A stretch of 64,000 bases of DNA from an uncultured Gammaproteobacteria bacterium. Lineage in GTDB: Bacteria > Patescibacteriota > Patescibacteriia > SBBC01 > CAIJZX01. Where the stretch lies: NCBI GenBank assembly GCA_964383765.1, contig CAYLHT010000003.1, positions 6,328-70,327 of the forward strand, in the 5' to 3' direction. The notes below the pieces were generated by a model. That model searched no databases. It saw nothing but the letters and a program-made list of their open reading frames with translations, and was not told the origin of the DNA. The translations under genes were made by a program, and so were the position numbers. The stretch's first letter is position 1. Each line of letters begins with the position of its first letter. This document shows positions 38,183-48,540 of the stretch, one piece after another.

Positions 38183-39088
38183 ATGCATACGGTGATCATC
38201 ATCCTCGGCCCAACCGCCTCGGGAAAATCGAAACTCGGTGTTCAGCTCGCCAAGAAATTTCACGGTGTGGTGATTTCAGCCGATTCACGACAGGTGTACC
38301 AGGGCTTGAACATCGGGACTGCTAAAATCACGAGAAAAGAAATGAAAGGTGTCCCCCACTTTTTGTTGGATGTCGCCTCACCGAAACGGCAATATACCGT
38401 GTCACACTACATTCGTGATGTTCAGCGGGTGCTGAAAAAAATTCCTGAATCAACGCCGGTGTTCCTCGTCGGTGGTTCACCGTTTTACATTGACGCGGTT
38501 ACCAAACCTCATTCATTCTCACCTGTCCCACCGAACCCCAAACTAAGACAGCGACTTGAGAAAAAATCCATTGCCCAATTGAGAATCATTCTCAAGAAGC
38601 TTGATCGAGCCCGGGCTCGAAACATTGATTGGAATAATAAACGTCGTGTTATTCGCGCTATTGAGGTTGCCTCCACCTCCCCTCTCCCCTCCTTACCGAA
38701 GGAGGGGCGGCCCCCACACCAAAATTTTGGTGTGGGGGCCGGGGTGGTCCTAAAAATCGGCCTTTCCGTCTCCCGCGCAGAACTCTTCCGGCGGATTGAC
38801 CATCAAATTGATCAACGTCTGCGCCACGGGATGATCAGTGAGGTCCAGCGGCTTCACCGCAAAGGAGTTTCTTGGCGGAGGTTGTCAGCATTCGGTCTTG
38901 AATACCGCGAAATCGTGAAGATGCTCAATGGCCAAGCCTCACGAAAAAATCTGTCGACCCGCATGAAATCAGTTACGCACGATTTTGTCCGCCGCCAAAT
39001 GACCTGGTGGAAACGCGATCAGGATATTCACTGGGTGACTACGCCAAAACAAGCAGAAGTGTTCGTCAGTCGCTGGCTACAATCATAG
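38183..39088 (+). CDS. miaA: tRNA dimethylallyltransferase
   Basis: GPTASGKS, SADSRQVY and RRQMTW. Confidence 0.95.
   Translation: MHTVIIILGPTASGKSKLGVQLAKKFHGVVISADSRQVYQGLNIGTAKITRKEMKGVPHFLLDVASPKRQYTVSHYIRDVQRVLKKIPESTPVFLVGGSPFYIDAVTKPHSFSPVPPNPKLRQRLEKKSIAQLRIILKKLDRARARNIDWNNKRRVIRAIEVASTSPLPSLPKEGRPPHQNFGVGAGVVLKIGLSVSRAELFRRIDHQIDQRLRHGMISEVQRLHRKGVSWRRLSAFGLEYREIVKMLNGQASRKNLSTRMKSVTHDFVRRQMTWWKRDQDIHWVTTPKQAEVFVSRWLQS
38686..38749. repeat. In-frame palindromic element in miaA
   Basis: cccctcctt-accg-aaggagggg-c-ggcc[cccacaccaaaattttggtgtggg]ggcc-ggggtggtc. Confidence 0.75.
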
Positions 39089-39089
39089 T

Positions 39090-39175
39090 TGTCATTTCGA
39101 ACCCGCCGCGGGTGAGAAATCTGCTTCACTACTTGACCAATGTAGATTTCTCCTCGCTGACTCGTCGAAATGACA
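39090..39175. repeat. REP-like palindromic element between miaA and gatB
   Basis: tgtcatttcga...gagaaatct...agatttctc...tcgaaatgaca nested inverted repeats. Confidence 0.7.
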
Positions 39176-39179
39176 GTAG

Positions 39180-40619
39180 TTAGAGGCTTAATGCTTTCGC
39201 CAACAACTCCTGAACAACTTTCGGGTTGGCTTTGCCTTTCGTAGCTTTCATGACCTGGCCGACGAGGAATTGGACCCCCGCGACTTTGCCAGCTTTGACT
39301 TCGGCCACGACTTTTTCGTTGGCGCTAATCACATCACCAATGATTTTCTCAAGCTCCGCGCTGTCGCTGACCTGTTCAAGTCCGAGTTCCTTGATCAGCA
39401 CATCCACCGATTCTTTCGTTTCAACCATCTTCTCGAAAATTGTGGCCGCGGCTGGGGCGTTGATTTTCCCTTGACTATGGAACCACAACAACTCTGCCAC
39501 ACCGCTGGCCGGAACGGATAAACCATTGGCCGCCCGGTGCTCGGACGAAATCTTGTTGATCAACCAATTGGCGATAGTTTGATGATCGGCCGTTTTACCA
39601 GCGCGTTCATCGTACTCACTTACAACATCCTCAAAATAGCCAGCGAGTTCTTTATCCTGCACTAATGCATCAGCCTGCTCAGGTTTGATTTTGATTTGCT
39701 TGATAAAGCGTTGTCGCCGCGCTTCCGGCAGTTCAGGAATAGCGCTGTTCAATTCTTTCAAATGTTCTTCAGAGATCACAACCGGCGGAATGTCCGGTTC
39801 AGGGAAATAGCGATAGTCAGCTGCTTCCTCCTTGGTGCGCTGTTCCACGGTTTTTTGTGAACCCTCATCCCAACCATGTGTGGATTGTTTAGCCGGCTGC
39901 TTACCGTCTTCCCATAATCCTGATTGTCGTTCCATTTCAAATTGGAGCGCCCGTTCAACCGCTTTAAATGAGTTGAGGTTCTTAATTTCCGTTTTCGGGT
40001 AGAGTTTCTGGTCGCCCGTGGGTCGCATCGACACGTTCGCATCGCACCGCAAGTGACCTTTTTCCATATCCGCGTCGGACACACCCAGGTAGCGCATGAT
40101 AAGGCGCAGTTCTTGCATATACGCCTTGGCTTCCTGCGGCGATCGGAAATCCGGTTCGCTGACGATTTCCATCAGTGGCGTTCCAGCGCGGTTTAAGTCG
40201 ATCAAGGTTTGGTTACCTTGGTGTAGTAATTTACCTGCGTCTTCTTCTAGGTGGAGTCGGTGAATCCGAAAGGTTTTTTCTTTACCATCCACCAACACCT
40301 TGACTTTTCCATCGTGCCCAAAGGGTTTGTCGTACTGGCTAATCTGGTAGCCTTTCGGGAGATCGGGATAGAAATAATGTTTGCGGTCGAAGTGTGATTG
40401 TTGGTGAATCTTGCAGTCTAGTGCTAACGCCGACATCACCGCCCAATCAATGGCCTGCTGATTGGGCAATGGCAAGGTTCCAGGCTGGCCAGTACAAATC
40501 GGGCAGATGGCAGTGTTCGGCGGCTGATCATCCCGATTGTCGCAACGACAAAACATCTTGGACTTGGTTTTGAGTTGCACGTGGACCTCCAGTCCAATGA
40601 TGGCTTCCAAGGGCTTCAT
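39180..40619 (-). CDS. gatB: Asp/Glu-tRNA amidotransferase subunit B
   Basis: IGLEVHVQL, FDRKHYFYPDLPKGYQISQ and DYRYFPEPD. Confidence 0.97.
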   Translation of the reverse strand: MKPLEAIIGLEVHVQLKTKSKMFCRCDNRDDQPPNTAICPICTGQPGTLPLPNQQAIDWAVMSALALDCKIHQQSHFDRKHYFYPDLPKGYQISQYDKPFGHDGKVKVLVDGKEKTFRIHRLHLEEDAGKLLHQGNQTLIDLNRAGTPLMEIVSEPDFRSPQEAKAYMQELRLIMRYLGVSDADMEKGHLRCDANVSMRPTGDQKLYPKTEIKNLNSFKAVERALQFEMERQSGLWEDGKQPAKQSTHGWDEGSQKTVEQRTKEEAADYRYFPEPDIPPVVISEEHLKELNSAIPELPEARRQRFIKQIKIKPEQADALVQDKELAGYFEDVVSEYDERAGKTADHQTIANWLINKISSEHRAANGLSVPASGVAELLWFHSQGKINAPAAATIFEKMVETKESVDVLIKELGLEQVSDSAELEKIIGDVISANEKVVAEVKAGKVAGVQFLVGQVMKATKGKANPKVVQELLAKALSL

Positions 40620-40650
40620 GTTGCGATAGTGTACCAGCTTTTTTGCCCAG

Positions 40651-40676
40651 AAAAAAGCCCACTCTTTCGAGCGGGC
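40651..40676 (-). terminator. Intrinsic terminator after thyX
   Basis: gcccgctc-gaaa-gagtgggc-tttttt on the minus strand. Confidence 0.75.
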
Positions 40677-40685
40677 AAACTCACT

Positions 40686-42308
40686 TCACGAAGGCAGCTT
40701 GGCTTCCTTGGCCCGTTGATGAGCCTCAGAATCGCCGCGCGGCCAGTCGTAGTCGTTCTGATCCACGAACTGGAGCAAGTCGGAGATGCGTTCACCGTCT
40801 CGGGCAACCATCTGCCGATAGATCTCCTGGCACACCAGCCGGTAGCTGCGATGGCCTTGCGGGCCGGTCCGCAGTTCGAGTAGGTGTTGGGCTTCCCGGT
40901 CGTTGAAGCCAAAGCGACAACGGATGTTGTGACCGAGGAGCACGACATACTGTGCCGTCTCTCGGCCGAGATCGGCCGCGATGGTCGCGTACAGCGTCTC
41001 CACTCGCTTGACGCACTCGCGGACCTGCGGTTCGAAGCCGGCTTCGCGAATGTCGTTCAGCTGTTCGGTGAACCCGAGGTCGACGGTGTACAGCTGTCGT
41101 TCCTGGGTCATCATGCGGTGGCGATGGAGATCGCGGTAGATCCCGAGGTCGAGCACGAGTTCCATCTCCCAGGGATAACCGAATTCCATTGCTCGGCCGA
41201 CACGATCGCGTCGCGTCTGGCGCTGACCGATGTAGGTCTGGCGGATGTTCCGGCGTTGCACCGGCGACAATTTCCCCACCAGGTCAATCAGCTGCGCCAT
41301 TGAGTGACGGCTATACGGAAACAGCATGGCCGCCAGCTGGCCGTCTTCTCGAACATCCTGTCCGATCAGACGCACGCCCGACTCACTCGCCCAAGGCTTG
41401 ACCGCGAATAAGAGTTCGTCGGCTAGCCGTTGCATGGCTTGGCGCGTGTTCACCAGGAAGTCGCTGCGACTTGCCCGCTGAACGTAGCGCGGAATGACTC
41501 GCTTGAGCGAGGCGTGGAGCTTCGTCGCAAGTTCCTGGGCCTCTGGTTGGTCGCTCGAGTAGAGCTTCCGCAGGAGGTGCTCCAGGTTACGGCCGTTGCC
41601 GTGAATCCCGACGTTGGTGCGGGTGCACGCCGGCAGCAGGATCCGAAGCGTGTCGCAGGCCTTCGTGCGGATGTCCATCTTGTAGGTCCGTTCGAAGTCC
41701 TTGCGTTGCTCGTCGTCCTGACACTGCGCGTACCTGATCTTGCCTTCGCCGGTCCGAATCTCGTACTGAGCGTCGTCCAGCGGCTTGCGACGCCGGAAGT
41801 ACTCCTGCATCGGCTCGATCAGGTTGACGTAGGTCTGAAAGACGAAGTCCATGGTCTGCTCGAAGGCCGCAGCATGGCGTGAAGCCATGATCCGTGGTTC
41901 GCGCAGATACCGGAACCTGCCTTGGTCGTCTCGCTGATCGTAGAACACGTAGCGGGACGACTGCTCGATGAAGGCTAGCAGCCGGCAGTCCTCGACGAGC
42001 TTGGTCATGACGTTGCTGACCTCTTCCATCGAGACCCAAGCACTTTCGAGTTCCTGGACCGAGTCATCACCGTATTGGATGAGCACGCGGGTGATCAGCC
42101 CATCGGCGTGTTCTGGATCAAGCTGTCCGTCTTCGACAAATTCCTTCAGCAGTGTCTCGCGGAAGCCACCCTTGGCTCGGCTGTACCGAGCGTAGGCCGC
42201 CCCAATCATTCCTGGCATCTTCTTGGGGAAGACGATGTAGACGTCCTCGTCTGGGTCGGAGACGTACTCCTTGAGGAGCTCGCGTTGTTCTGGAGTCCAG
42301 GTGGTCAT
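40686..42308 (-). CDS. thyX: FAD-dependent thymidylate synthase (double-domain)
   Basis: ARYSR, YGDDSV, EQSSRY, RDLHRHRM and ELRT..QGH.SYR. Confidence 0.85.
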   Translation of the reverse strand: MTTWTPEQRELLKEYVSDPDEDVYIVFPKKMPGMIGAAYARYSRAKGGFRETLLKEFVEDGQLDPEHADGLITRVLIQYGDDSVQELESAWVSMEEVSNVMTKLVEDCRLLAFIEQSSRYVFYDQRDDQGRFRYLREPRIMASRHAAAFEQTMDFVFQTYVNLIEPMQEYFRRRKPLDDAQYEIRTGEGKIRYAQCQDDEQRKDFERTYKMDIRTKACDTLRILLPACTRTNVGIHGNGRNLEHLLRKLYSSDQPEAQELATKLHASLKRVIPRYVQRASRSDFLVNTRQAMQRLADELLFAVKPWASESGVRLIGQDVREDGQLAAMLFPYSRHSMAQLIDLVGKLSPVQRRNIRQTYIGQRQTRRDRVGRAMEFGYPWEMELVLDLGIYRDLHRHRMMTQERQLYTVDLGFTEQLNDIREAGFEPQVRECVKRVETLYATIAADLGRETAQYVVLLGHNIRCRFGFNDREAQHLLELRTGPQGHRSYRLVCQEIYRQMVARDGERISDLLQFVDQNDYDWPRGDSEAHQRAKEAKLPS

Positions 42309-42311
42309 GGA

Positions 42312-42992
42312 TTACCTCAATCTAGGTTTGATTATGGATACAACTAACCGATGAACTTCTCGGCGATTCAGGACTCGGTCGCCAGAGGTGCAGGCAACCA
42401 GTCTGACATCCCGACTGAACTTCGCCAGGTCCTGATAGACCCTGACCACTTGGGACTGGTAGTCCCGGTTGCGTTCATGGATATCGCGCCTCCCTCGACG
42501 GATGTACTGCCGTGCCTTCTTCTTGAACACCAACTGGCTGCTGTGTTTCGCCGGCATGATCAAAACCACGTTGTAGTCGGGCCGCGGCAGTCGTAGCAAA
42601 CCGAATTCGAAGTCAAGCACCCAGCGCCAGAATTTCTTCCTGGCGGCCAGACTGCGAAGTTTGGCACCGCCGTGAGCCAAGTTCGAAATAGTGTACCGGT
42701 CGGCAATCACAACCGCGCCTGAGCTCAACCAGTCTACGATCTTCGCCCGGGCTGCGAGACGATCAACGGCATACAGAACCGAGCCTCGATAGGGACCGAC
42801 ATCGTAGAGATCGCCATATTTTCCGTTTAGGTAATCCTCGACCGGACCGGCCGATTTTGTACCGTATTGCGGAAAAGCGATCGTGTGTACTTTGTGTCCC
42901 GATCGACGCAAGGCAAGCGCTAGAAGCCGCGTCTGGGTGGCTTTTCCTGATCCGTCTGTTCCCTCAAAAGCTATGAACAGTCCACGTTTCAT
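42312..42992 (-). CDS. tmk: Thymidylate kinase
   Basis: FEGTDGSGKATQ, FPQY, DRY..SN and DIHE. Confidence 0.92.
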   Translation of the reverse strand: MKRGLFIAFEGTDGSGKATQTRLLALALRRSGHKVHTIAFPQYGTKSAGPVEDYLNGKYGDLYDVGPYRGSVLYAVDRLAARAKIVDWLSSGAVVIADRYTISNLAHGGAKLRSLAARKKFWRWVLDFEFGLLRLPRPDYNVVLIMPAKHSSQLVFKKKARQYIRRGRRDIHERNRDYQSQVVRVYQDLAKFSRDVRLVACTSGDRVLNRREVHRLVVSIIKPRLR

Positions 42993-43101
42993 AGGAGTCT
43001 CCCGCGTCAGAAATATCGAATGTCAAAGGGCTTGTTGTTGCCAAGCCCTTCCTTCTTGGTCCGGATCACTGTAGCAGACATAGGGTGACCCGAGCAAACC
43101 A

Positions 43102-43779
43102 TTAGATTGCGAGCTTAATCCCCGGCCCCATGGTTGAGGTCAGAGTGACCGAACGCAAGTACGTGCCTTTCGTCTCACTCGGTTTGGCCTTTTTGACCGC
43201 TTCCATGTAGGCCTCAATGTTGGCTTTCAATTGGTCCGGTGCAAAAGACGCTTTGCCAACAACTTGGTGCAGGTTCGCAGTGTCATCCATTCGAAAGGTG
43301 ATTTTCCCGCTCCGCAGCGCGGTCACGATCTTAGCTGGATCCGGATTGACGGTTTCATTCTTCGGGTTTGGCATTAAGCCTTTGGTGCCAAGGGTTTTGG
43401 CAATCGGCGCTAAGGCTTTCATCATGTCCGGCGACGCGACTGCGACATCAAAATCGGTTTTCTGGGTTTTCTTGATCTCAGCCACCAAGTCATCATCACC
43501 GACGATGTCGGCCCCGGCTTCTTTCGCGGCTTTGGCGGCCGCGCCCTTGGCAAACACAGCAATGGTGAGTTTTTTCCCAGTGCCATGGGGCAATTGAGCG
43601 GTGCCGCGGACCAATTGGTCAGCTTGTTTTGGATCCACGCCTAAATGCACGTGGACTTCCACACTGCCGTCGAACTTGGTGGTCGAGGCTTGCTTGATCA
43701 GGTTGACAGCCTCGTCGATGGGATAGGCCTTGGTGCGGTCAACCAGTTGTTGAGCGGCGCGATAACGTTTACTACGCAT
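43102..43779 (-). CDS. rplA: 50S ribosomal protein L1
   Basis: KFD.SVE, LPHGTGK, GLMPNPK and STMGPG. Confidence 0.97.
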   Translation of the reverse strand: MRSKRYRAAQQLVDRTKAYPIDEAVNLIKQASTTKFDGSVEVHVHLGVDPKQADQLVRGTAQLPHGTGKKLTIAVFAKGAAAKAAKEAGADIVGDDDLVAEIKKTQKTDFDVAVASPDMMKALAPIAKTLGTKGLMPNPKNETVNPDPAKIVTALRSGKITFRMDDTANLHQVVGKASFAPDQLKANIEAYMEAVKKAKPSETKGTYLRSVTLTSTMGPGIKLAI

Positions 43780-43792
43780 ACAGAGTCTCCTT

Positions 43793-43828
43793 CGTGGTCA
43801 TGTCCGCGACCTGCTGCGCGGTGCCACA
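43793..43828 (-). promoter_or_regulatory. Probable L1-binding operator hairpin upstream of rplA
   Basis: TGTGG...ACCACG stem with an internal loop just before the SD. Confidence 0.45.
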
Positions 43829-43831
43829 AAG

Positions 43832-44833
43832 TTAAGAAATAGAAGCAGGTGAATTTGGTTTTGGTTCGGACGATTCTTTACGAATGGAGGTGAAATGATA
43901 CAGGAAGAGCGGCAAACCGACGAGCACGAACGGAATCGTCGTTGCCAATTCAGCCGAATATTGACCTGTGTTTGTGGTTTGCGCGTCTTGGTATTTTGCA
44001 TTATCGGCTACCCATTGATTGGCAAGCGAAACTTCCTCAGCCGAAAAACCACACTTGTCTTTGCAAGCTAACAAACTTTTCACACCGTAATCGGAGCTGG
44101 TAGGTCCATCAATCGCCGGTTGAACGATAGGGACTGAAGTATCTGAACCGGTTTTTAACCAAACTTGTAAACCATCGTTAATAATCACCCCGCTCGCCAC
44201 CACCGCCATGACCAGCCCAGCGAAGGCGACGCCATAAAAGTACAAGGAATTGAGCGGGCTCGGCTTGTTGCCGTCAGCGCGTCGGCCCTTCCGCATCAGG
44301 CGCGAGAACACGAGGTAGAGCGGTAAGCCAATGATGAAGAACCCGAGCGATGTCGCCAAGCTACGCCGCGTGGCTAAGGACAGACCCTGTTGTTTTTGCC
44401 ATTGTTTGTAGTTCGTCACCCATAACCCAACTTGGGTTTTATCATAGGCGGTAAACTGGCAATCCTTTGAACACTGATAAACGCTCGGTAGGGTCGTGGT
44501 GGGTCCAGGCGCCGCCACGCTGGTTCCCTCTTTCAACGGGAGGGCGATAGCGCCTTGGCTTGGTAAGTAGAGTTGCGGTGGGCCGGAGTAGCGTTGCTGA
44601 TAGAGGTCAGCCGATTTGAAAATATATTGACGAAAACCAGTATTCAACAGGGCCACCGTTGCTCCGACAGTCATGGTCAACATCACCAACGATACAATCG
44701 TATAGAACGCTAACCGAAACCCACCACGGTGTTCGCTGCGATTCTCTTGAACCACGGCCACGATGAACAGCACCAGTGATCCGGCCGAGCCGATAAAGAG
44801 GAAGGGAAGGATCACGCCTTGCCAGTTGTTCAT
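43832..44833 (-). CDS. Membrane protein with internal duplication (DUF5671-like)
   Basis: Two repeats of (F/L)Y..V...L...C..DC.F/C..KC.F...W...(I/V)GLPL(Y/F)L. Confidence 0.7.
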   Translation of the reverse strand: MNNWQGVILPFLFIGSAGSLVLFIVAVVQENRSEHRGGFRLAFYTIVSLVMLTMTVGATVALLNTGFRQYIFKSADLYQQRYSGPPQLYLPSQGAIALPLKEGTSVAAPGPTTTLPSVYQCSKDCQFTAYDKTQVGLWVTNYKQWQKQQGLSLATRRSLATSLGFFIIGLPLYLVFSRLMRKGRRADGNKPSPLNSLYFYGVAFAGLVMAVVASGVIINDGLQVWLKTGSDTSVPIVQPAIDGPTSSDYGVKSLLACKDKCGFSAEEVSLANQWVADNAKYQDAQTTNTGQYSAELATTIPFVLVGLPLFLYHFTSIRKESSEPKPNSPASIS

Positions 44834-44840
44834 GCGACCA

Positions 44841-45263
44841 TTATTCCACCGTCAAACCCATTTGTCGAGCTGTGCCTTCGATAATCCGCATCGCGCCTTC
44901 AATATCCTTGGCGTTCAAGTCCGGCATTTTCTGTTCGGCGATGGCTTTGACTTGCGCTTTCGTGACTTTGCCAATCTTGTTGCGCAACGGATCGCCGCTC
45001 CCCTTTTCAAGTTTGGCGGCTTTTAGCAATAACACTGAGGCAGGCGGCGTTTTGAGGATAAACGAATAGGTTCGGTCTTCGTAAATCGTCAGTTCCACCG
45101 GCGTCGTTTCGCCATTGCGGTCTTTCGAAGCATCGTTGAATTTCTTAACGAACTCAGCGATGTTGACGCCGTGCGGTCCTAAAGCAGTACCGACTGGCGG
45201 CGCCGGAGTAGCTTTCCCACCCGGGATTTGTAACTTCAGAACAACTTTAATCTTCTTGGCCAT
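44841..45263 (-). CDS. rplK: 50S ribosomal protein L11
   Basis: [16 protein letters not shown] and GTARQMG. Confidence 0.97.
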   Translation of the reverse strand: MAKKIKVVLKLQIPGGKATPAPPVGTALGPHGVNIAEFVKKFNDASKDRNGETTPVELTIYEDRTYSFILKTPPASVLLLKAAKLEKGSGDPLRNKIGKVTKAQVKAIAEQKMPDLNAKDIEGAMRIIEGTARQMGLTVE

Positions 45264-45267
45264 ACAA

Positions 45268-45813
45268 TTACAACTTCTTAATCTGCAAGAAATCTAATTC
45301 CACTGGAGTTTCGCGACCGAACATCGAGACTAACACTTTCACCTTACCGCGACCCTCGTCCACTTCCGCGACTTTACCTTCAAATTCTTTGAACGGACCA
45401 TCGGTGATGCGTACGGCCGTCCCGGACTCGACATCGATCTTATACTTTGGTTCTTCGACGCCCATGCGTTGCAATAAGGCTTTAACTTCTTCTTCTGAAA
45501 TCGGCGTCGGGGTCGTGCCGGAGCCGACGAAGCCGGTGACGTTCGGCGTGTTACGCACGACGTACCACGAATCATCGGTCACGATCATTTCGACTAAGAC
45601 GTAGCCCGGGAAAATTTTCTCGGTTACGATCTTGCGTTTACCATTCTTGATGCGGATCCGATTTTCGGTCGGCACCAAGACCGTGAAAATCTTATCTTCC
45701 ATGTCCATGGACTCGATACGCTGTCGTAAATTGCGAGCCACGTTATCTTCATAGCCGGAATACGTGTGGAGGACGTACCAGCGCTTACCTTGTTGGAGGA
45801 CTTGTTTGGCCAT
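45268..45813 (-). CDS. nusG: Transcription factor NusG
   Basis: [18 protein letters not shown] and KOW GPF. Confidence 0.97.
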   Translation of the reverse strand: MAKQVLQQGKRWYVLHTYSGYEDNVARNLRQRIESMDMEDKIFTVLVPTENRIRIKNGKRKIVTEKIFPGYVLVEMIVTDDSWYVVRNTPNVTGFVGSGTTPTPISEEEVKALLQRMGVEEPKYKIDVESGTAVRITDGPFKEFEGKVAEVDEGRGKVKVLVSMFGRETPVELDFLQIKKL

Positions 45814-45815
45814 AG

Positions 45816-45998
45816 CTAAATAAACTTTCCTAACAAATACCCGAAACCAATATCGAGGAGGCCCAGGAACAGCGCTAGAAATAGGCTAATCCCGATCACT
45901 AAGAGCGTGTTACTGCGAGTTTCCGGCCAAGTCGGCCAAGCGACTTTCTTGAGTTCGTCGCGGGATTGGCGGAAATAGCCCAGAATTGAGTTAGCCAC
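45816..45998 (-). CDS. secE: Preprotein translocase SecE
   Basis: ELKKVAWPT plus TM; upstream of nusG. Confidence 0.92.
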   Translation of the reverse strand: MANSILGYFRQSRDELKKVAWPTWPETRSNTLLVIGISLFLALFLGLLDIGFGYLLGKFI

Positions 45999-46045
45999 GA
46001 AGTGTAATCAGTTCTAAAAAGCCCGGTTCGGGCGGTGATGGGGAT

Positions 46046-46074
46046 ACTATACGGTAACATCTGCCACTCGTCAA
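46046..46074 (-). promoter_or_regulatory. Sigma70 promoter of the secE-nusG operon
   Basis: TTGACG-17-TATAGT on the minus strand. Confidence 0.65.
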
Positions 46075-46109
46075 GAGCGCTTGAAATCATAGCTTAGGTA
46101 TGTTAATAC

Positions 46110-46826
46110 GTGGCTACCGCTCCGTATGGACGGGAAACCCTGGCACTGGACCAGGTTGGTACCTTAGCCTCACGGGGGTTCGATATGAAACCCGAAACGT
46201 GGACGTGGTCAAACAGCGACCGGGCACTCGAAGGTAAATGGTTGGAAATCAGACCCGGCCGCGGGCCAAGCCGGCTTGATCTGGCCCAACCCATTCTTTA
46301 TCCCAGAAATGGGGTCGACCGCCTAACCAGGGACGAAGTCTCGTTCCACATCGATTACAACGGTCTTGATCTATGTGTGATCATGCACTCGCCTCGGCTT
46401 GATCACGGGAAACCCGACGCGATGAAGGTGGAAGGCAGGGGGCGTGTACTTCTCTTTCGATCCGATTCGACTTTGAACGGGAACTGTTCCTTGGTTCGGG
46501 TTCGCTCCTACAATCCCTATGAACGAACCGGAGAAATACAGTTCTACCTTCAACCAGAGTTCAGCTCACCAAGGACTTGGGAGATTCTTTCGCTGGACGG
46601 CGGCGTACTGAACAAAGGCAAGGGTACAACAGTCCTACTGTTTGACTCGAGGGAGCAGTCGCTCACGGGTGGCCGGTTGTACCTGTTCACACCGACCGGA
46701 CGTAAGGGAGTGAAGACTCTCGGAGATGGCGTCCTGAGGGAGATGGATCATTGCGCTAATGTGACCGTCCAAGTGATCAAGGGCGGTGGGATCTCTCGCC
46801 TCGGAACGCTGCGTGAGATACGGTAA
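46110..46826 (+). CDS. ORFan
   Basis: 238-aa ORF filling an intergenic gap; no recognised motif. Confidence 0.55.
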   Translation: MATAPYGRETLALDQVGTLASRGFDMKPETWTWSNSDRALEGKWLEIRPGRGPSRLDLAQPILYPRNGVDRLTRDEVSFHIDYNGLDLCVIMHSPRLDHGKPDAMKVEGRGRVLLFRSDSTLNGNCSLVRVRSYNPYERTGEIQFYLQPEFSSPRTWEILSLDGGVLNKGKGTTVLLFDSREQSLTGGRLYLFTPTGRKGVKTLGDGVLREMDHCANVTVQVIKGGGISRLGTLREIR

Positions 46827-46859
46827 GTAGTGGTCGGCTGGCTCGCCAGCCGATTTTTC

Positions 46860-48539
46860 TTAGAGCACCGTCGGCTCATCCTTGGCGGGCATCACGCCCT
46901 CCTCAATCGCCAATTCTTCACCCGCGGCTTCACCCGGACGTTCAGCATGAGTTTTGCGGAGTGGAATTTCTTTGAGCCAGAGGGAGATGAAAAATCCAAC
47001 CGCCACGACGATGCCTGAGATCAGGAATAGCTCGGTGACCGAGGTCGAGAAGGCCGATTGAGCCTTCGACACGAATCCATGAAAAGCACTCAGGGCTTGG
47101 TCATGCGCCGGTCCAGAAATCGTTGCTAACTTGGCTTCGATGTGTTGCCGACCGCTACCGGTCAAGACGCCTTGCAGCTGGTTGGCGTCGACCTTGGCTA
47201 GGTTAGCTCCCGGAGCAAACTTTTTGGACAAGGCCACAAATGGATCGCGTTCCAAGTTACCGAGTTGACTGGCCAGTTTCGAGTTGAGAATTCCACCCAG
47301 GACCGCGGTGCCCACGGTCGCGCCAATACTGCGAAACAACTGGGTTGAAGCGGTGGCAATCCCGAGCTTGGCATGTTCAAACGCATTCTGGACGGCCAAG
47401 GTGAAGATCGGCAAACTCATCCCAATCCCCAGCCCGGTCAAAACCATGCGCCAGATTAATCCAAAGTGGGAAGTGGTTGGCGTCATGCGCGACATCAGGA
47501 TCAACGCCACCGCGGCGACACCCAAGCCGACCACCACTAACCACTTGTAGCGCCCAGTTCGGGCAGTAATTTGACCTGCAGCCACGCTGGCAAAGACTAA
47601 ACCAAGCATCATCGGGGTTAAGAGCGTCCCTGAGTTCGTCGCCGACACGCCCAAAACCAGTTGAGCAAAAACCGGAATGTACAATATCGATCCGAACATC
47701 CCAACACCGACAATAAACAAACACATCATCGAAACAGTGAAGATCCGATTCTGGAAGAGTGTCAGCGGTAAGATCGGCTCGGCCGCTCGCCGCTCCACCA
47801 GAGTGAAGCTGGTTAAGGCAACCGCCGCGGCCGCCAATAATGTCAGAATCGTGCTTGAGCCCCAGGCATACTGCGAACCGCCCCAAATAAACGCGAGCAG
47901 CAAGCTTGAGAGTCCAGCCGTCAGTAAAATCGATCCCAGGTAATCAATTTTCTTGTTCTTAATATCTGGAATGATTCTGGGCATCCAGGCCGCAATCGCG
48001 ATCAAGGCTAAGATCCCAATCGGAATGTTGATGTAGAATGTCCAGCGCCAGGAAGCGTGATCCGTCAGCCAGCCGCCAAGCGTTGGGCCGATGACCGAGG
48101 CAATGCCAAAAGCGGCGCCGAGCAACCCTTGCCAGCGTCCCCGTTCAGCCGGCGGGAACAAATCACCGATCACCGCAAAGGCGTTGGCAAATATCGCGCC
48201 GCCGCCGAGCCCTTGAATCGCCCGGTAGATGATGAGTTGGAGCATGCTGTGGGCCGAGCCGCTCAGGATCGAACCAACGATGAAGACTGCAATCGCTGAC
48301 AAAATAAACTGCTTGCGACCGTAGAGGTCAGATAGTTTTCCGTACAGCGGCACAATCACCGTCGACGCGAGCAAATAGGCCGCGATGACCCAGCTCAAAT
48401 GTTCTAACCCTTGGAAGTCTTGGACGATCCGAGGGAGAGCCGTGGCGACAATGGTTTGGTCCAAGGCCGCCAAGAGCAACGCTAACATCACCCCGATCAT
48501 GACCAGGATCTTCTGGCGACGCGAGATATTGGCTAGCAT
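46860..48539 (-). CDS. DHA2-family MFS multidrug efflux transporter
   Basis: [21 protein letters not shown] and WRW.FYINIP; about 14 TMs. Confidence 0.92.
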   Translation of the reverse strand: MLANISRRQKILVMIGVMLALLLAALDQTIVATALPRIVQDFQGLEHLSWVIAAYLLASTVIVPLYGKLSDLYGRKQFILSAIAVFIVGSILSGSAHSMLQLIIYRAIQGLGGGAIFANAFAVIGDLFPPAERGRWQGLLGAAFGIASVIGPTLGGWLTDHASWRWTFYINIPIGILALIAIAAWMPRIIPDIKNKKIDYLGSILLTAGLSSLLLAFIWGGSQYAWGSSTILTLLAAAAVALTSFTLVERRAAEPILPLTLFQNRIFTVSMMCLFIVGVGMFGSILYIPVFAQLVLGVSATNSGTLLTPMMLGLVFASVAAGQITARTGRYKWLVVVGLGVAAVALILMSRMTPTTSHFGLIWRMVLTGLGIGMSLPIFTLAVQNAFEHAKLGIATASTQLFRSIGATVGTAVLGGILNSKLASQLGNLERDPFVALSKKFAPGANLAKVDANQLQGVLTGSGRQHIEAKLATISGPAHDQALSAFHGFVSKAQSAFSTSVTELFLISGIVVAVGFFISLWLKEIPLRKTHAERPGEAAGEELAIEEGVMPAKDEPTVL

Positions 48540-48540
48540 A

